Assembly: GCA_950097015.1 (NCBI GenBank)
Contig: CATNEN010000030.1
Span: 3,596,001 to 3,660,000, forward strand
DNA from: Macrostomum hystrix
Taxonomy: Eukaryota; Animalia; Platyhelminthes
Direction: 5' to 3'
DNA length: 64,000 nt
Of the stretch, positions 12,640 through 26,000 are shown piece after piece; the first letter of the stretch is position 1; every line of letters begins with the position of its first letter. The translations under genes were made by a program, and so were the position numbers. The notes beneath the pieces were generated by a model. The model saw only the letters and a list, made by a program, of their open reading frames with translations. It was not told where the DNA came from and did not search any database.

Positions 12640-13110
12640 TTTGTCTCGTCTAAAACAAACGCGCATAAAAATAGTCACTCAATATAATGACATGACATAC
12701 ACGTCATAACAACCACTATTACGGCAATAAATGATTAGAAAAAGTATACTACGCTGTAATAATAGAAAAATTATGCCGAGATTGAACTTCTGCTAAATAC
12801 ACGGACCAATTTTGCATGAACACACGGATTCGTACGGGTCCAGAAAGCATAGCCTATAAAAAAAGTTTTGTCGCTGGATTACTTTAAAGTCTTAGAAAAA
12901 TTACTAGGATATTATAATCATTTAGAACGTCAATAAACTTGATCAGTGACAAAAAATTCACCTTACTTTTTAATGTAATGCTTATTACTTTCCTGTCAAT
13001 TGCTTTAATGTGTTATTTTCGTGGCACTGATTTGAAAAATAAACGAAAACTTCGGCAATTTGTCGTCAAGTGGAAGTGATTGAAGACGTGACTTGTCGTC
13101 GTGTGTGTCC
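12640..13110. promoter_or_regulatory. Candidate divergent promoter region between the orphan gene (-) and UBE2V (+)
   Basis: A relatively CpG-containing island between two head-to-head genes, with CRE-like ACGTCA/GACGTGAC and ETS-like GGAAGTG motifs. Positional inference only. Confidence 0.3.
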
Positions 13111-13374
13111 TAGCTATATACCTATATACCTAGCTAATAGCTATCCTGTGTTAAACAATGTCCGTAAAACTCTGCTTCCAGTATTGTTAAACTTTTTTTG
13201 TGAGGATCTACCATATCCATATAGTTCTGTGTTCCAATTCCAGCCAGTGGACAATTCAAAGGCTAGGTATTCTACCAGATTCATATATTAATTAGCCTAG
13301 CCTATCTATTTTAACTTTTAAATTGGTTTGTTAGAACTTGAAATTGAATAAAAAAGTTTCAAGTCACAGAAGTA

Positions 13375-16229
13375 ATGGTATCAAATATTGGTAAGTTAAA
13401 GGTGGCTATTCGTGTTAATCTTAATGATTTTTTGGGATTTGTCCCTTTTTTATTTGGTTATCTATTTTATTTTATCTATAGGCCTATATGTAAAATTTCA
13501 TTAACATTATAATTAATATTAGGCTATTAAGTAGCTCCAGGCCTACCTTGCCAAGAAAAAAGTGTTTGATTAAAGTGCTTTAATTTGGCTAAAGATGACT
13601 ACCAGAGTAGGCCTAGCTTTAAAATTGGAACTCACTTGTTTTAAGTTTTAACTTTATACCTAACTAGAGTGCTTGACTTTGCAATTCAAAACTGATGAAG
13701 CTGTCAAGTTTCAATACTCAATACTCTTTGATGAAATTTCTCTATTTAATTTTTTTTAAATATTGTGTAATGAATGTGAATATATGGTTCTGCTTATTTT
13801 TTTAGTTTTGTTAGTACTATGCACTTGTTGGCACTTAACACTTACAAAAAATATATATCTAGAAAACTTTTTGTGTAGTGGAAGTGATTAGATAAATCTT
13901 GTTTCTGTTTTCTACTGTTCAGCTACATAATTCACACAATGATCAATTATCTAAAGTGCCTAAGAATGGGGATTGAGACATGAAAGAATGAATTATTCAT
14001 TTGTATCATTGTTGATTTTCTATGGAAGATGCCTTTGCTATTTAATTAGCTATATTAGATATAATGCTGTGAATAATTTCACAATTGAGTCTATCAGGCA
14101 CTGGACTCAGAGGATAGAAAAATCTGCCGAGCTCAGCCACTTCTATTACAAATTTAAGAAAGATTTCTTCTGAGAAAAGAAAAGACAATAATCTCTAACC
14201 CAGAACAAATGCGCACAATGTCCTGATTTTGTCTAGGAAACCACAAACTGGCATGTGAGACATTGCACAATTTAAGACAGAAAATCCCCTATAAAAACAG
14301 AACTATGAACTATGTCCAAAATGTAAAGTTGAGGTAGAGAACAAAACTCATATATTCTCTTTAGATGCAATTGGTCCATTTATGTTCCAATTAGAAATAA
14401 ATTCTTAGGGAAAGGGGCAGGTACTGTTCGAAATTTCAAAAGCCTAACAGCTGATGACAAAATTGTATATTTAATGACACAGGAAAGCACAGAATTAACA
14501 GAAAGTTTTGTAGACTTCATAGAAAGCATACTTAAAGCAAGATAAAAAAGCTTCTGCCCTGAGGCCCATAGTTAGAATTCAAAAACACAATAGCTATTCT
14601 TCAGTTTTAATTTTCTCTTTAAATTTCTATATATCATTTTTTGTTTTAATGCATTTGTTTATTTCTAAAATTTGTTTTTTCTTCAAATATTTTATTCACC
14701 TAAAATTAATCTTATGCATGCTACTGTTTTCTTATTGCCTTCTTTTTTTAAATCAAATTGTTCAGCCTCAAACATAAAATAAAAAACAGTACCCAATTGG
14801 CGTGTGCACCTCAACAATAATAATAATAACATAGATTTTGTATATATCATTACAAACTGAACTTAGCTACAACTATATTCTCTTGAAAAGCTTATTTTAA
14901 TCTTATTTTTATAATACTGGTACCTTTGAACAACTATTATGTTTTAATCAGTAAAGTTTTTTAATCAGTTGTTTTGCTTTTTATGCACATAAATCAATAT
15001 ATATTTAATTCAGTTTAAACAAAAGTATATAAATGTTAATAATTAAATAATATATAAAACATAAATTATTCATTGCTACAAAGCAATATTTATCTTTGTA
15101 AGAAATTAATGGTTTAGTTCTAAGTATAAAAATCTTCTTTCTTTTGCTATCTTATTTTTTCTGCACCATATAAAAAATTATTTCCATAAGTTAGCATTCA
15201 ATTTTTTTTTCTAGCTACATAAATAGTTTTACAGCTACTAAATTGAGTCCTAAAAACAAGGTTATGAATGTCTAATTTCTTACCATGTGAAACTAAACTT
15301 GAGGTTTAATAATGACTAATGGAAGATCAGGGAATATTTTAGATAACATGCTAACATAATGATTTTCTATGCTTGCTTATTACTAGTATATTTTATGATA
15401 GTACATCAACAATATTTAGGCTTTGTATCTCAATATATAAATTTGATTCTTTATGATATTTTATTTTAGGTTTTTAGGGATACAATTTCTATGATAAGAA
15501 TATAAAGATAAGCCTTATGTCAAATCAATGTTAGCAACATTAAAGTGTAGGAATTTTCATTACTTTTTTAATAGTAAAAATGACTTAAATTTATGTTTTT
15601 ATATAATTTACTTTTTTATTGATTTTACCAAAAGAGGACACTGGTAATTGTAGCAACTTAAATGGTGCTGTTGGCTTCCAGGATACCACTTGCTAGTTTA
15701 ATTAGTATGCATATTTTTGCTGAAAGTTACACTTCGTTTTTAAATGCACATGTTGTACTACTTTTGTGAGTAGTTTAATCCAATCTTAATTTATCCGCCT
15801 CCGATATTCTTCGCAGTGGAGATTCCTCGCAGTTTCTACCTGCTAGAGGAGCTGGACGAAGGCCAGAAGGGTACGCAGGATGGTACCATCAGCTGGGGCC
15901 TGGAGAATGACAATGATCAGACTCTGACACACTGGATAGGCATGATACTAGGCCCTCAAAACACGCCATATGACAATCGCATGTACAATCTACGCATCAC
16001 TTGCGGCGCCAATTATCCGGACCAGGCGCCAGTAGTCAGTTTCATTAGCCGACTGCGCATGACTAGCGTTAATGAAAGCACCGGCGCTGTTGATTCGCGC
16101 CGAGTCGACTGTCTGGCCAACTGGCGACGCGGCTACCACATCAAGACTGTGTTGCTAGAGCTGCGCCGCCAGATGTCATTGAAGGAGAATGCTAAATTAT
16201 CCCAACCACCGGAGGGTAGCTCTTATTAG
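13375..16229 (+). CDS. UBE2V: Ubiquitin-conjugating enzyme E2 variant (Uev1/Mms2)
   Basis: The main exon 15817-16229 encodes EIPRSFYLLEELDEGQKG...SWGLEND.D.TLT.W.GMILGP..TPY.NRMYNL.I.CG..YP..AP...QPPEGSSY*, the unmistakable UEV pattern. The acceptor is TTCGCAG at 15816 (phase 1). The likely first coding exon is 13375-13390 (MVSNI+G|GTAAGT, phase 1), which is less certain. Confidence 0.93.
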
Positions 16230-17085
16230 ATTTAGAACTCTGGACTCCTGTACACAATCTTGTGTAGGAGAACCATTTGAACTCTTGATGAAGTCTAAAT
16301 CAAATTTGCTTCATTGAGAAGAACTGACAGTTGCCCCATTTAACTGCGGTCTCAAAAAATTAGTTAAATCATTCTACCAGTCCATAAAATAACAGCTTAC
16401 AGTCGGCAAGCTACCTAATTGTAAAGCGGAATCGTTTTAGTCACATATCGAATCGCCAGCTTAATAATTTTGCTTCCAAGTTACCCGAGTGGATGACGAT
16501 CCCATAGTTAGTTCTAGTTTTTTTCCTGCCAATTTTCTGGTTAATTGTCTTATCGAGTATAGTTCATTTACTAGTCTTGTCCGTGTGCTAGCATTATTTG
16601 CAATTTATTTGCAAATAAACAAATCTCGGTTTTCATAATCGTAAATCATTATGGAATTAAATATACTTTAATAGTTTAGCAGTAACACTTATTGTAAGCA
16701 GCTGATTATTCTTCAACTCGGTAATAGCATATATTTTACAGTTTTAGTTATCTAATAAGCTAAGTATAATGCTGCCAATGCTAATAAAATTGCTGCCAAT
16801 GCTACTTTGCTGTCAGTAGGCACTAAGAAAAATATAGTAAATTGACCTAAAGCTTGATAGAATATCACAATTTAATATTTTTATTAGGCAAGATGTCTAT
16901 GCAGTGGAAGTGATTCTATTACTTTTTTCATAATAATAATAATATATCGGTGGTCCTTAAATGACGTTCCTTCAAAAATTTTAGTGCGCTATTTTTCAAT
17001 AAAGCAAATCAGTCCTTTTTATCTCGGGCTTTTAATTCTTTTTTATATTATAATATTCTAATATGGAAACTGCACGGTGTGGAAC

Positions 17086-20000
17086 CAGTTTGAGATTTCA
17101 CCCCTGTGCAGTTCCTCTGTTTGTGATTCCACGCCTGTTCAGTTCCTCAGTTTGTGATTCCACACCTGTGCTGTTCATCAGTTTGTGATTCCACACCTGT
17201 TCAGTTCCTCAGTTTGTGATTCCACGCCTGTTCAGTTCCTCAGTTTGTGATTCCACGCCTGTTCAGTTCCTCAGTTTGTGATTCCACACCTGTTCAGTTC
17301 CCCAGTTTGTGATTCCACACCTGTTCAGTTCCTCAGTTTGTGATTCCACACCTGTTCAGTTCCCCAGTTTGTGATTCCACACCTGTTCAGTTCCTCAGTT
17401 TGTGATTCCACACCTGTGCTGTTCCTCAGTTTGTGATTCCACACCTGTTCAGTTCCCCAGTTTGTGATTCCACACCTGTGCTGTTCCTCAGTTTGTGATT
17501 CCACACCTGTTCAGTTCCTCAGTTTGTGATTCCACACCTGTGCTGTTCCTCAGTTTGTGATTCCACACCTGTTCAGTTCCCCAGTTTGTGATTCCACACC
17601 TGTTCAGTTCCCCAGTTTGTGATTCCACACCTGTGCTGTTCCTCAGTTTGTGATTACACACCTGTTCAGTTCCTCAGTTTGTGATTCCACACCTGTTCAG
17701 TTCCCCAGTTTGTGATTCCACACCTGTGCTGTTCCTCAGTTTGTGATTCCACACCTGTTCAGTTCCCCAGTTTGTGATTCCACACCTGTTCAGTTCCTCA
17801 GTTTGTGATTCCACACCTGTTCAGTTCCTCAGTTTGTGATTCCACACCTGTTCAGTTCCCCAGTTTGTGATTCCACACCTGTTCAGTTCCTCAGTTTATG
17901 ATTCCACACCTGTTCAGTTCCCCAGTTTGTGATTCCACACCTGTTCAGTTCCCCAGTTTGTGATTCCACACCTGTTCAGTTCCTCAGTTTGTGATTCCAC
18001 ACCTGTTCATTTCCCCAGTTTGTGATTCCACACCTGTTCAGTTCCTCAGTTTGTGATTCCACACCTGTGCTGTTCCTCAGTTTGTGATTCCACACCTGTT
18101 CAGTTCCCCAGTTTGTGATTCCACACCTGTTCAGTTCCTCAGTTTGTGATTCCACACCTGTTCAGTTCCTCAGTTTGTGATTCCACACCTGTGCTGTTCC
18201 TAGGTTTGTGATTACACACCTGTTCAGTTCCTCAGTTTGTGATTCCACACCTGTGCTGTTCCTCAGTTTGTGATTCCACACCTGTGCTGTTCCTCAGTTT
18301 GTGATTCCACACCTGTTCAGTTCCCCAGTTTGTGATTCCACACCTGTTCAGTTCCTCAGTTTGTGATTCCACACCTGTTCAGTTCCTCAGTTTGTGATTC
18401 CACACCTGTGCTGTTCCTAGGTTTGTGATTACACACCTGTTCAGTTCCTCAGTTTGTGATTCCACACCTGTGCTGTTCCTCAGTTTGTGATTCCACACCT
18501 GTGCTGTTCCTCAGTTTGTGATTCCTCACCTGTTCAGTTCCTCAGTTTGTGATTCCACACCTGTGCTGTTCCTCAGTTTTTGATTCCACACCTGTTCAGT
18601 TCCTCAGTTTATGATTCCACACCTGTGCTGTTCCTCAGTTTGTGATTCCACACCTGTTCAGTTCCCCAGTTTGTGATTCCACACCTGTTCAGTTCCTCAG
18701 TTTGTGATTCCACACCTGTTCAGTTCCTCAGTTTGTGATTCCACACCTGTGCTGTTCCTAGGTTTGTGATTACACACCTGTTCAGTTCCTCAGTTTGTGA
18801 TTCCACACCTGTGCTGTTCCTCAGTTTGTGATTCCACACCTGTGCTGTTCCTCAGTTTGTGATTCCACACCTGTTCAGTTCCCCAGTTTGTGATTCCACA
18901 CCTGTTCAGTTCCTCAGTTTGTGATTCCACACCTGTTCAGTTCCTCAGTTTGTGATTCCACACCTGTGCTGTTCCTAGGTTTGTGATAACACACCTGTTC
19001 AGTTCCTCAGTTTGTGATTCCACACCTGTGCTGTTCCTCAGTTTGTGATTCCACACCTGTGCTGTTCCTCAGTTTGTGATTCCTCACCTGTTCAGTTCCT
19101 CAGTTTGTGATTCCACACCTGTGCTGTTCCTCAGTTTTTGATTCCACACCTGTTCAGTTCCTCAGTTTGTGATTCCACACCTGTGCTGTTCCTCAGTTTG
19201 TGATTCCACACCTGTTCAGTTCCCCAGTTTGTGATTCCACACCTGTTCAGTTCCTCAGTTTGTGATTCCACACCTGTTCAGTTCCTCAGTTTGTGATTCC
19301 ACACCTGTGCTGTTCCTAGGTTTGTGATTCCACACCTGTTCAGTTCCTCAGTTTGTGATTCCACACCTGTGCTGTTCCTCAGTTTGTGATTCCACACCTG
19401 TTCAGTTCCTCAGTTTGTGATTCCACACCTGTTCAGTTCCCCAGTTTGTGATTACACACCTGTTCAGTTCCTCAGTTTGTGATTCCACACCTGTGCTGTT
19501 CCTCAGTTTGTGATTCCACACCTGTGCTGTTCCTCAGTTTGTGATTCCTCACCTGTTCAGTTCCTCAGTTTGTGATTCCTCACCTGTTCAGTTCCTCAGT
19601 TTGTGATTCCACACCTGTGCTGTTCCTCAGTTTTTGATTCCACACCTGTTCAGTTCCTCAGTTTGTGATTCCACACCTGTGCTGTTCCTCAGTTTGTGAT
19701 TCCACACCTGTTCAGTTCCCCAGTTTGTGATTCCACACCTGTTCAGTTCCTCAGTTTGTGATTCCACACCTGTTCAGTTCCTCAGTTTGTGATTCCACAC
19801 CTGTGCTGTTCCTCAGTTTTTGATTCCACACCTGTTCAGTTCCTCAGTTTGTGATTCCACACCTGTGCTGTTCCTCAGTTTGTGATTCCACACCTGTTCA
19901 GTTCCCCAGTTTGTGATTCCACACCTGTTCAGTTCCTCAGTTTGTGATTCCACACCTGTTCAGTTCCTCAGTTTGTGATTCCACACCTGTTCAGTTCCCC

Positions 20001-23000
20001 AGTTTGTGATTCCACACCTGTTCAGTTCCTCAGTTTGTGATTCCACACCTGTTCAGTTCCTCAGTTTGTGATTCCACACCTGTGCTGTTCCTAGGTTTGT
20101 GATTACACACCTGTTCAGTTCCTCAGTTTGTGATTCCACACCTGTGCTGTTCCTCAGTTTGTGATTCCACACCTGTGCTGTTCCTAGGTTTGTGATTACA
20201 CACCTGTTCAGTTCCTCAGTTTGTGATTCCACACCTGTGCTGTTCCTCAGTTTGTGATTCCACACCTGTGCTGTTCCTCAGTTTGTGATTCCTCACCTGT
20301 TCAGTTCCCCAGTTTGTGATTCCACACCTGTTCAGTTCCCCAGTTTGTGATTCCACACCTGTGCTGTTCCTCAGTTTGTGATTACACACCTGTTCAGTTC
20401 CTCAGTTTGTGATTCCACACCTGTTCAGTTCCCCAGTTTGTGATTCCACACCTGTGCTGTTCCTCAGTTTGTGATTCCACACCTGTTCAGTTCCCCAGTT
20501 TGTGATTCCACACCTGTTCAGTTCCTCAGTTTGTGATTCCACACCTGTTCAGTTCCTCAGTTTGTGATTCCACACCTGTTCAGTTCCCCAGTTTGTGATT
20601 CCACACCTGTTCAGTTCCTCAGTTTATGATTCCACACCTGTTCAGTTCCCCAGTTTGTGATTCCACACCTGTTCAGTTCCCCAGTTTGTGATTCCACACC
20701 TGTTCAGTTCCTCAGTTTGTGATTCCACACCTGTTCATTTCCCCAGTTTGTGATTCCACACCTGTTCAGTTCCTCAGTTTGTGATTCCACACCTGTGCTG
20801 TTCCTCAGTTTGTGATTCCACACCTGTTCAGTTCCCCAGTTTGTGATTCCACACCTGTTCAGTTCCTCAGTTTGTGATTCCACACCTGTTCAGTTCCTCA
20901 GTTTGTGATTCCACACCTGTGCTGTTCCTAGGTTTGTGATTACACACCTGTTCAGTTCCTCAGTTTGTGATTCCACACCTGTGCTGTTCCTCAGTTTGTG
21001 ATTCCACACCTGTGCTGTTCCTCAGTTTGTGATTCCACACCTGTTCAGTTCCCCAGTTTGTGATTCCACACCTGTTCAGTTCCTCAGTTTGTGATTCCAC
21101 ACCTGTTCAGTTCCTCAGTTTGTGATTCCACACCTGTGCTGTTCCTAGGTTTGTGATTCCACACCTGTTCAGTTCCTCAGTTTATGATTCCACACCTGTT
21201 CAGTTCCCCAGTTTGTGATTCCACACCTGTTCAGTTCCCCAGTTTGTGATTCCACACCTGTTCAGTTCCTCAGTTTGTGATTCCACACCTGTTCAGTTCC
21301 TCAGTTTGTGATTCCACACCTGTGCTGTTCCTAGGTTTGTGATTACACACCTGTTCAGTTCCTCAGTTTGTGATTCCACACCTGTGCTGTTCCTCAGTTT
21401 GTGATTCCACACCTGTGCTGTTCCTAGGTTTGTGATTACACACCTGTTCAGTTCCTCAGTTTGTGATTCCACACCTGTGCTGTTCCTCAGTTTGTGATTC
21501 CACACCTGTGCTGTTCCTCAGTTTGTGATTCCTCACCTGTTCAGTTCCCCAGTTTGTGATTCCACACCTGTTCAGTTCCCCAGTTTGTGATTCCACACCT
21601 GTGCTGTTCCTCAGTTTGTGATTACACACCTGTTCAGTTCCTCAGTTTGTGATTCCACACCTGTTCAGTTCCCCAGTTTGTGATTCCACACCTGTGCTGT
21701 TCCTCAGTTTGTGATTCCACACCTGTTCAGTTCCCCAGTTTGTGATTCCACACCTGTTCAGTTCCTCAGTTTGTGATTCCACACCTGTTCAGTTCCTCAG
21801 TTTGTGATTCCACACCTGTTCAGTTCCCCAGTTTGTGATTCCACACCTGTTCAGTTCCTCAGTTTATGATTCCACACCTGTTCAGTTCCCCAGTTTGTGA
21901 TTCCACACCTGTTCAGTTCCCCAGTTTGTGATTCCACACCTGTTCAGTTCCTCAGTTTGTGATTCCACACCTGTTCATTTCCCCAGTTTGTGATTCCACA
22001 CCTGTTCAGTTCCTCAGTTTGTGATTCCACACCTGTGCTGTTCCTCAGTTTGTGATTCCACACCTGTTCAGTTCCCCAGTTTGTGATTCCACACCTGTTC
22101 AGTTCCTCAGTTTGTGATTCCACACCTGTTCAGTTCCTCAGTTTGTGATTCCACACCTGTGCTGTTCCTAGGTTTGTGATTACACACCTGTTCAGTTCCT
22201 CAGTTTGTGATTCCACACCTGTGCTGTTCCTCAGTTTGTGATTCCACACCTGTGCTGTTCCTCAGTTTGTGATTCCACACCTGTTCAGTTCCCCAGTTTG
22301 TGATTCCACACCTGTTCAGTTCCTCAGTTTGTGATTCCACACCTGTTCAGTTCCTCAGTTTGTGATTCCACACCTGTGCTGTTCCTAGGTTTGTGATTAC
22401 ACACCTGTTCAGTTCCTCAGTTTGTGATTCCACACCTGTGCTGTTCCTCAGTTTGTGATTCCACACCTGTGCTGTTCCTCAGTTTGTGATTCCTCACCTG
22501 TTCAGTTCCTCAGTTTGTGATTCCACACCTGTGCTGTTCCTCAGTTTTTGATTCCACACCTGTTCAGTTCCTCAGTTTATGATTCCACACCTGTGCTGTT
22601 CCTCAGTTTGTGATTCCACACCTGTTCAGTTCCCCAGTTTGTGATTCCACACCTGTTCAGTTCCTCAGTTTGTGATTCCACACCTGTTCAGTTCCTCAGT
22701 TTGTGATTCCACACCTGTGCTGTTCCTAGGTTTGTGATTACACACCTGTTCAGTTCCTCAGTTTGTGATTCCACACCTGTGCTGTTCCTCAGTTTGTGAT
22801 TCCACACCTGTGCTGTTCCTCAGTTTGTGATTCCACACCTGTTCAGTTCCCCAGTTTGTGATTCCACACCTGTTCAGTTCCTCAGTTTGTGATTCCACAC
22901 CTGTTCAGTTCCTCAGTTTGTGATTCCACACCTGTGCTGTTCCTAGGTTTGTGATAACACACCTGTTCAGTTCCTCAGTTTGTGATTCCACACCTGTGCT

Positions 23001-26000
23001 GTTCCTCAGTTTGTGATTCCACACCTGTGCTGTTCCTCAGTTTGTGATTCCTCACCTGTTCAGTTCCTCAGTTTGTGATTCCACACCTGTGCTGTTCCTC
23101 AGTTTTTGATTCCACACCTGTTCAGTTCCTCAGTTTGTGATTCCACACCTGTGCTGTTCCTCAGTTTGTGATTCCACACCTGTTCAGTTCCCCAGTTTGT
23201 GATTCCACACCTGTTCAGTTCCTCAGTTTGTGATTCCACACCTGTTCAGTTCCTCAGTTTGTGATTCCACACCTGTGCTGTTCCTAGGTTTGTGATTCCA
23301 CACCTGTTCAGTTCCTCAGTTTGTGATTCCACACCTGTGCTGTTCCTCAGTTTGTGATTCCACACCTGTTCAGTTCCTCAGTTTGTGATTCCACACCTGT
23401 TCAGTTCCCCAGTTTGTGATTACACACCTGTTCAGTTCCTCAGTTTGTGATTCCACACCTGTGCTGTTCCTCAGTTTGTGATTCCACACCTGTGCTGTTC
23501 CTAGGTTTGTGATTACACACCTGTTCAGTTCCTCAGTTTGTGATTCCACACCTGTGCTGTTCCTCAGTTTGTGATTCCACACCTGTGCTGTTCCTCAGTT
23601 TGTGATTCCTCACCTGTTCAGTTCCTCAGTTTGTGATTCCTCACCTGTTCAGTTCCTCAGTTTGTGATTCCACACCTGTGCTGTTCCTCAGTTTTTGATT
23701 CCACACCTGTTCAGTTCCTCAGTTTGTGATTCCACACCTGTGCTGTTCCTCAGTTTGTGATTCCACACCTGTTCAGTTCCCCAGTTTGTGATTCCACACC
23801 TGTTCAGTTCCTCAGTTTGTGATTCCACACCTGTTCAGTTCCTCAGTTTGTGATTCCACACCTGTGCTGTTCCTAGGTTTGTGATTCCACACCTGTTCAG
23901 TTCCTCAGTTTGTGATTCCACACCTGTGCTGTTCCTCAGTTTGTGATTCCACACCTGTTCAGTTCCTCAGTTTGTGATTCCACACCTGTTCAGTTCCCCA
24001 GTTTGTGATTCCACACCTGTTCAGTTCCTCAGTTTGTGATTCCACACCTGTTCAGTTCCTCAGTTTGTGATTCCACACCTGTGCTGTTCCTAGGTTTGTG
24101 ATTACACACCTGTTCAGTTCCTCAGTTTGTGATTCCACACCTGTGCTGTTCCTCAGTTTGTGATTCCACACCTGTGCTGTTCCTAGGTTTGTGATTACAC
24201 ACCTGTTCAGTTCCTCAGTTTGTGATTCCACACCTGTGCTGTTCCTCAGTTTGTGATTCCACACCTGTGCTGTTCCTCAGTTTGTGATTCCTCACCTGTT
24301 CAGTTCCTCAGTTTGTGATTCCACACCTGTTCAGTTCCCCAGTTTGTGATTCCACACCTGTTCAGTTCCCCAGTTTGTGATTCCACACCTGTTCAGTTCC
24401 TCAGTTTGTGATTCCACACCTGTTCATTTCCCCAGTTTGTGATTCCACACCTGTTCAGTTCCTCAGTTTGTGATTCCACACCTGTTCAGTTCCTCAGTTT
24501 GTGATTCCACACCTGTTCAGTTCCTCAGTTTGTGATTCCACACCTGTTCAGTTCCCCAGTTTGTGATTCCACACCTGTGCTGTTCCTCAGTTTGTGATTC
24601 CACACCTGTGCTGTTCCTCAGTTTGTGATTCCACACCTGTTCAGTTCCTCAGTTTGTGATTCCACACCTGTGCTGTTCCTAGGTTTGTGATTACACACCT
24701 GTTCAGTTCCTCAGTTTGTGATTCCACACCTGTGCTGTTCCTCAGTTTGTGATTCCACACCTGTTCAGTTCCTCAGTTTGTGATTCCACACCTGTTCAGT
24801 TCCCCAGTTTGTGATTCCACACCTGTTCAGTTCCTCAGTTTGTGATTCCACACCTGTTCAGTTCCTCAGTTTGTGATTCCACACCTGTGCTGTTCCTAGG
24901 TTTGTGATTACACACCTGTTCAGTTCCTCAGTTTGTGATTCCACACCTGTGCTGTTCCTCAGTTTGTGATTCCACACCTGTGCTGTTCCTCAGTTTGTGA
25001 TTCCTCACCTGTTCAGTTCCTCAGTTTGTGATTCCACACCTGTTCAGTTCCTCAGTTTGTGATTCCTCACCTGTTCAGTTCCTCAGTTTGTGATTCCACA
25101 CCTGTTCATTTCCCCAGTTTGTGATTCCACACCTGTTCAGTTCCTCAGTTTGTGATTCCACACCTGTTCAGTTCCTCAGTTTGTGATTCCACACCTGTTC
25201 AGTTCCTCAGTTTGTGATTCCACACCTGTGCTGTTCCTAGGTTTGTGATTACACACCTGTTCAGTTCCTCAGTTTGTGATTCCACACCTGTGCTGTTCCT
25301 CAGTTTGTGATTCCACACCTGTGCTGTTCCTCAGTTTGTGATTCCTCACCTGTTCAGTTCCTCAGTTTGTGATTCCACACCTGTTCAGTTCCCCAGTTTG
25401 TGATTCCACACCTGTTCAGTTCCCCAGTTTGTGATTCCACACCTGTTCAGTTCCTCAGTTTGTGATTCCACACCTGTTCATTTCCCCAGTTTGTGATTCC
25501 ACACCTGTTCAGTTCCTCAGTTTGTGATTCCACACCTGTTCAGTTCCTCAGTTTGTGATTCCACACCTGTGCTGTTCCTCAGTTTGTGATTCCACACCTG
25601 TGCTGTTCCTCAGTTTGTGATTCCTCACCTGTTCAGTTCCTCAGTTTGTGATTCCACACCTGTGCTGTTCCTCAGTTTTTGATTCCACACCTGTTCAGTT
25701 CCTCAGTTTGTGATTCCACACCTGTGCTGTTCCTCAGTTTGTGATTCCACACCTGTTCAGTTCCCCAGTTTGTGATTCCACACCTGTTCAGTTCCTCAGT
25801 TTGTGATTCCACACCTGTTCAGTTCCTCAGTTTGTGATTCCACACCTGTGCTGTTCCTAGGTTTGTGATTCCACACCTGTTCAGTTCCTCAGTTTGTGAT
25901 TCCACACCTGTGCTGTTCCTCAGTTTGTGATTCCACACCTGTTCAGTTCCTCAGTTTGTGATTCCACACCTGTTCAGTTCCCCAGTTTGTGATTACACAC

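Noticed and set aside
15811-15830. A spliced-leader AUG supplying the UBE2V start at the 15816 acceptor
   Set aside because: AUG joined to TGGAGA... is out of frame with UBE2V. A phase-1 upstream exon (13375-13390) fits instead.
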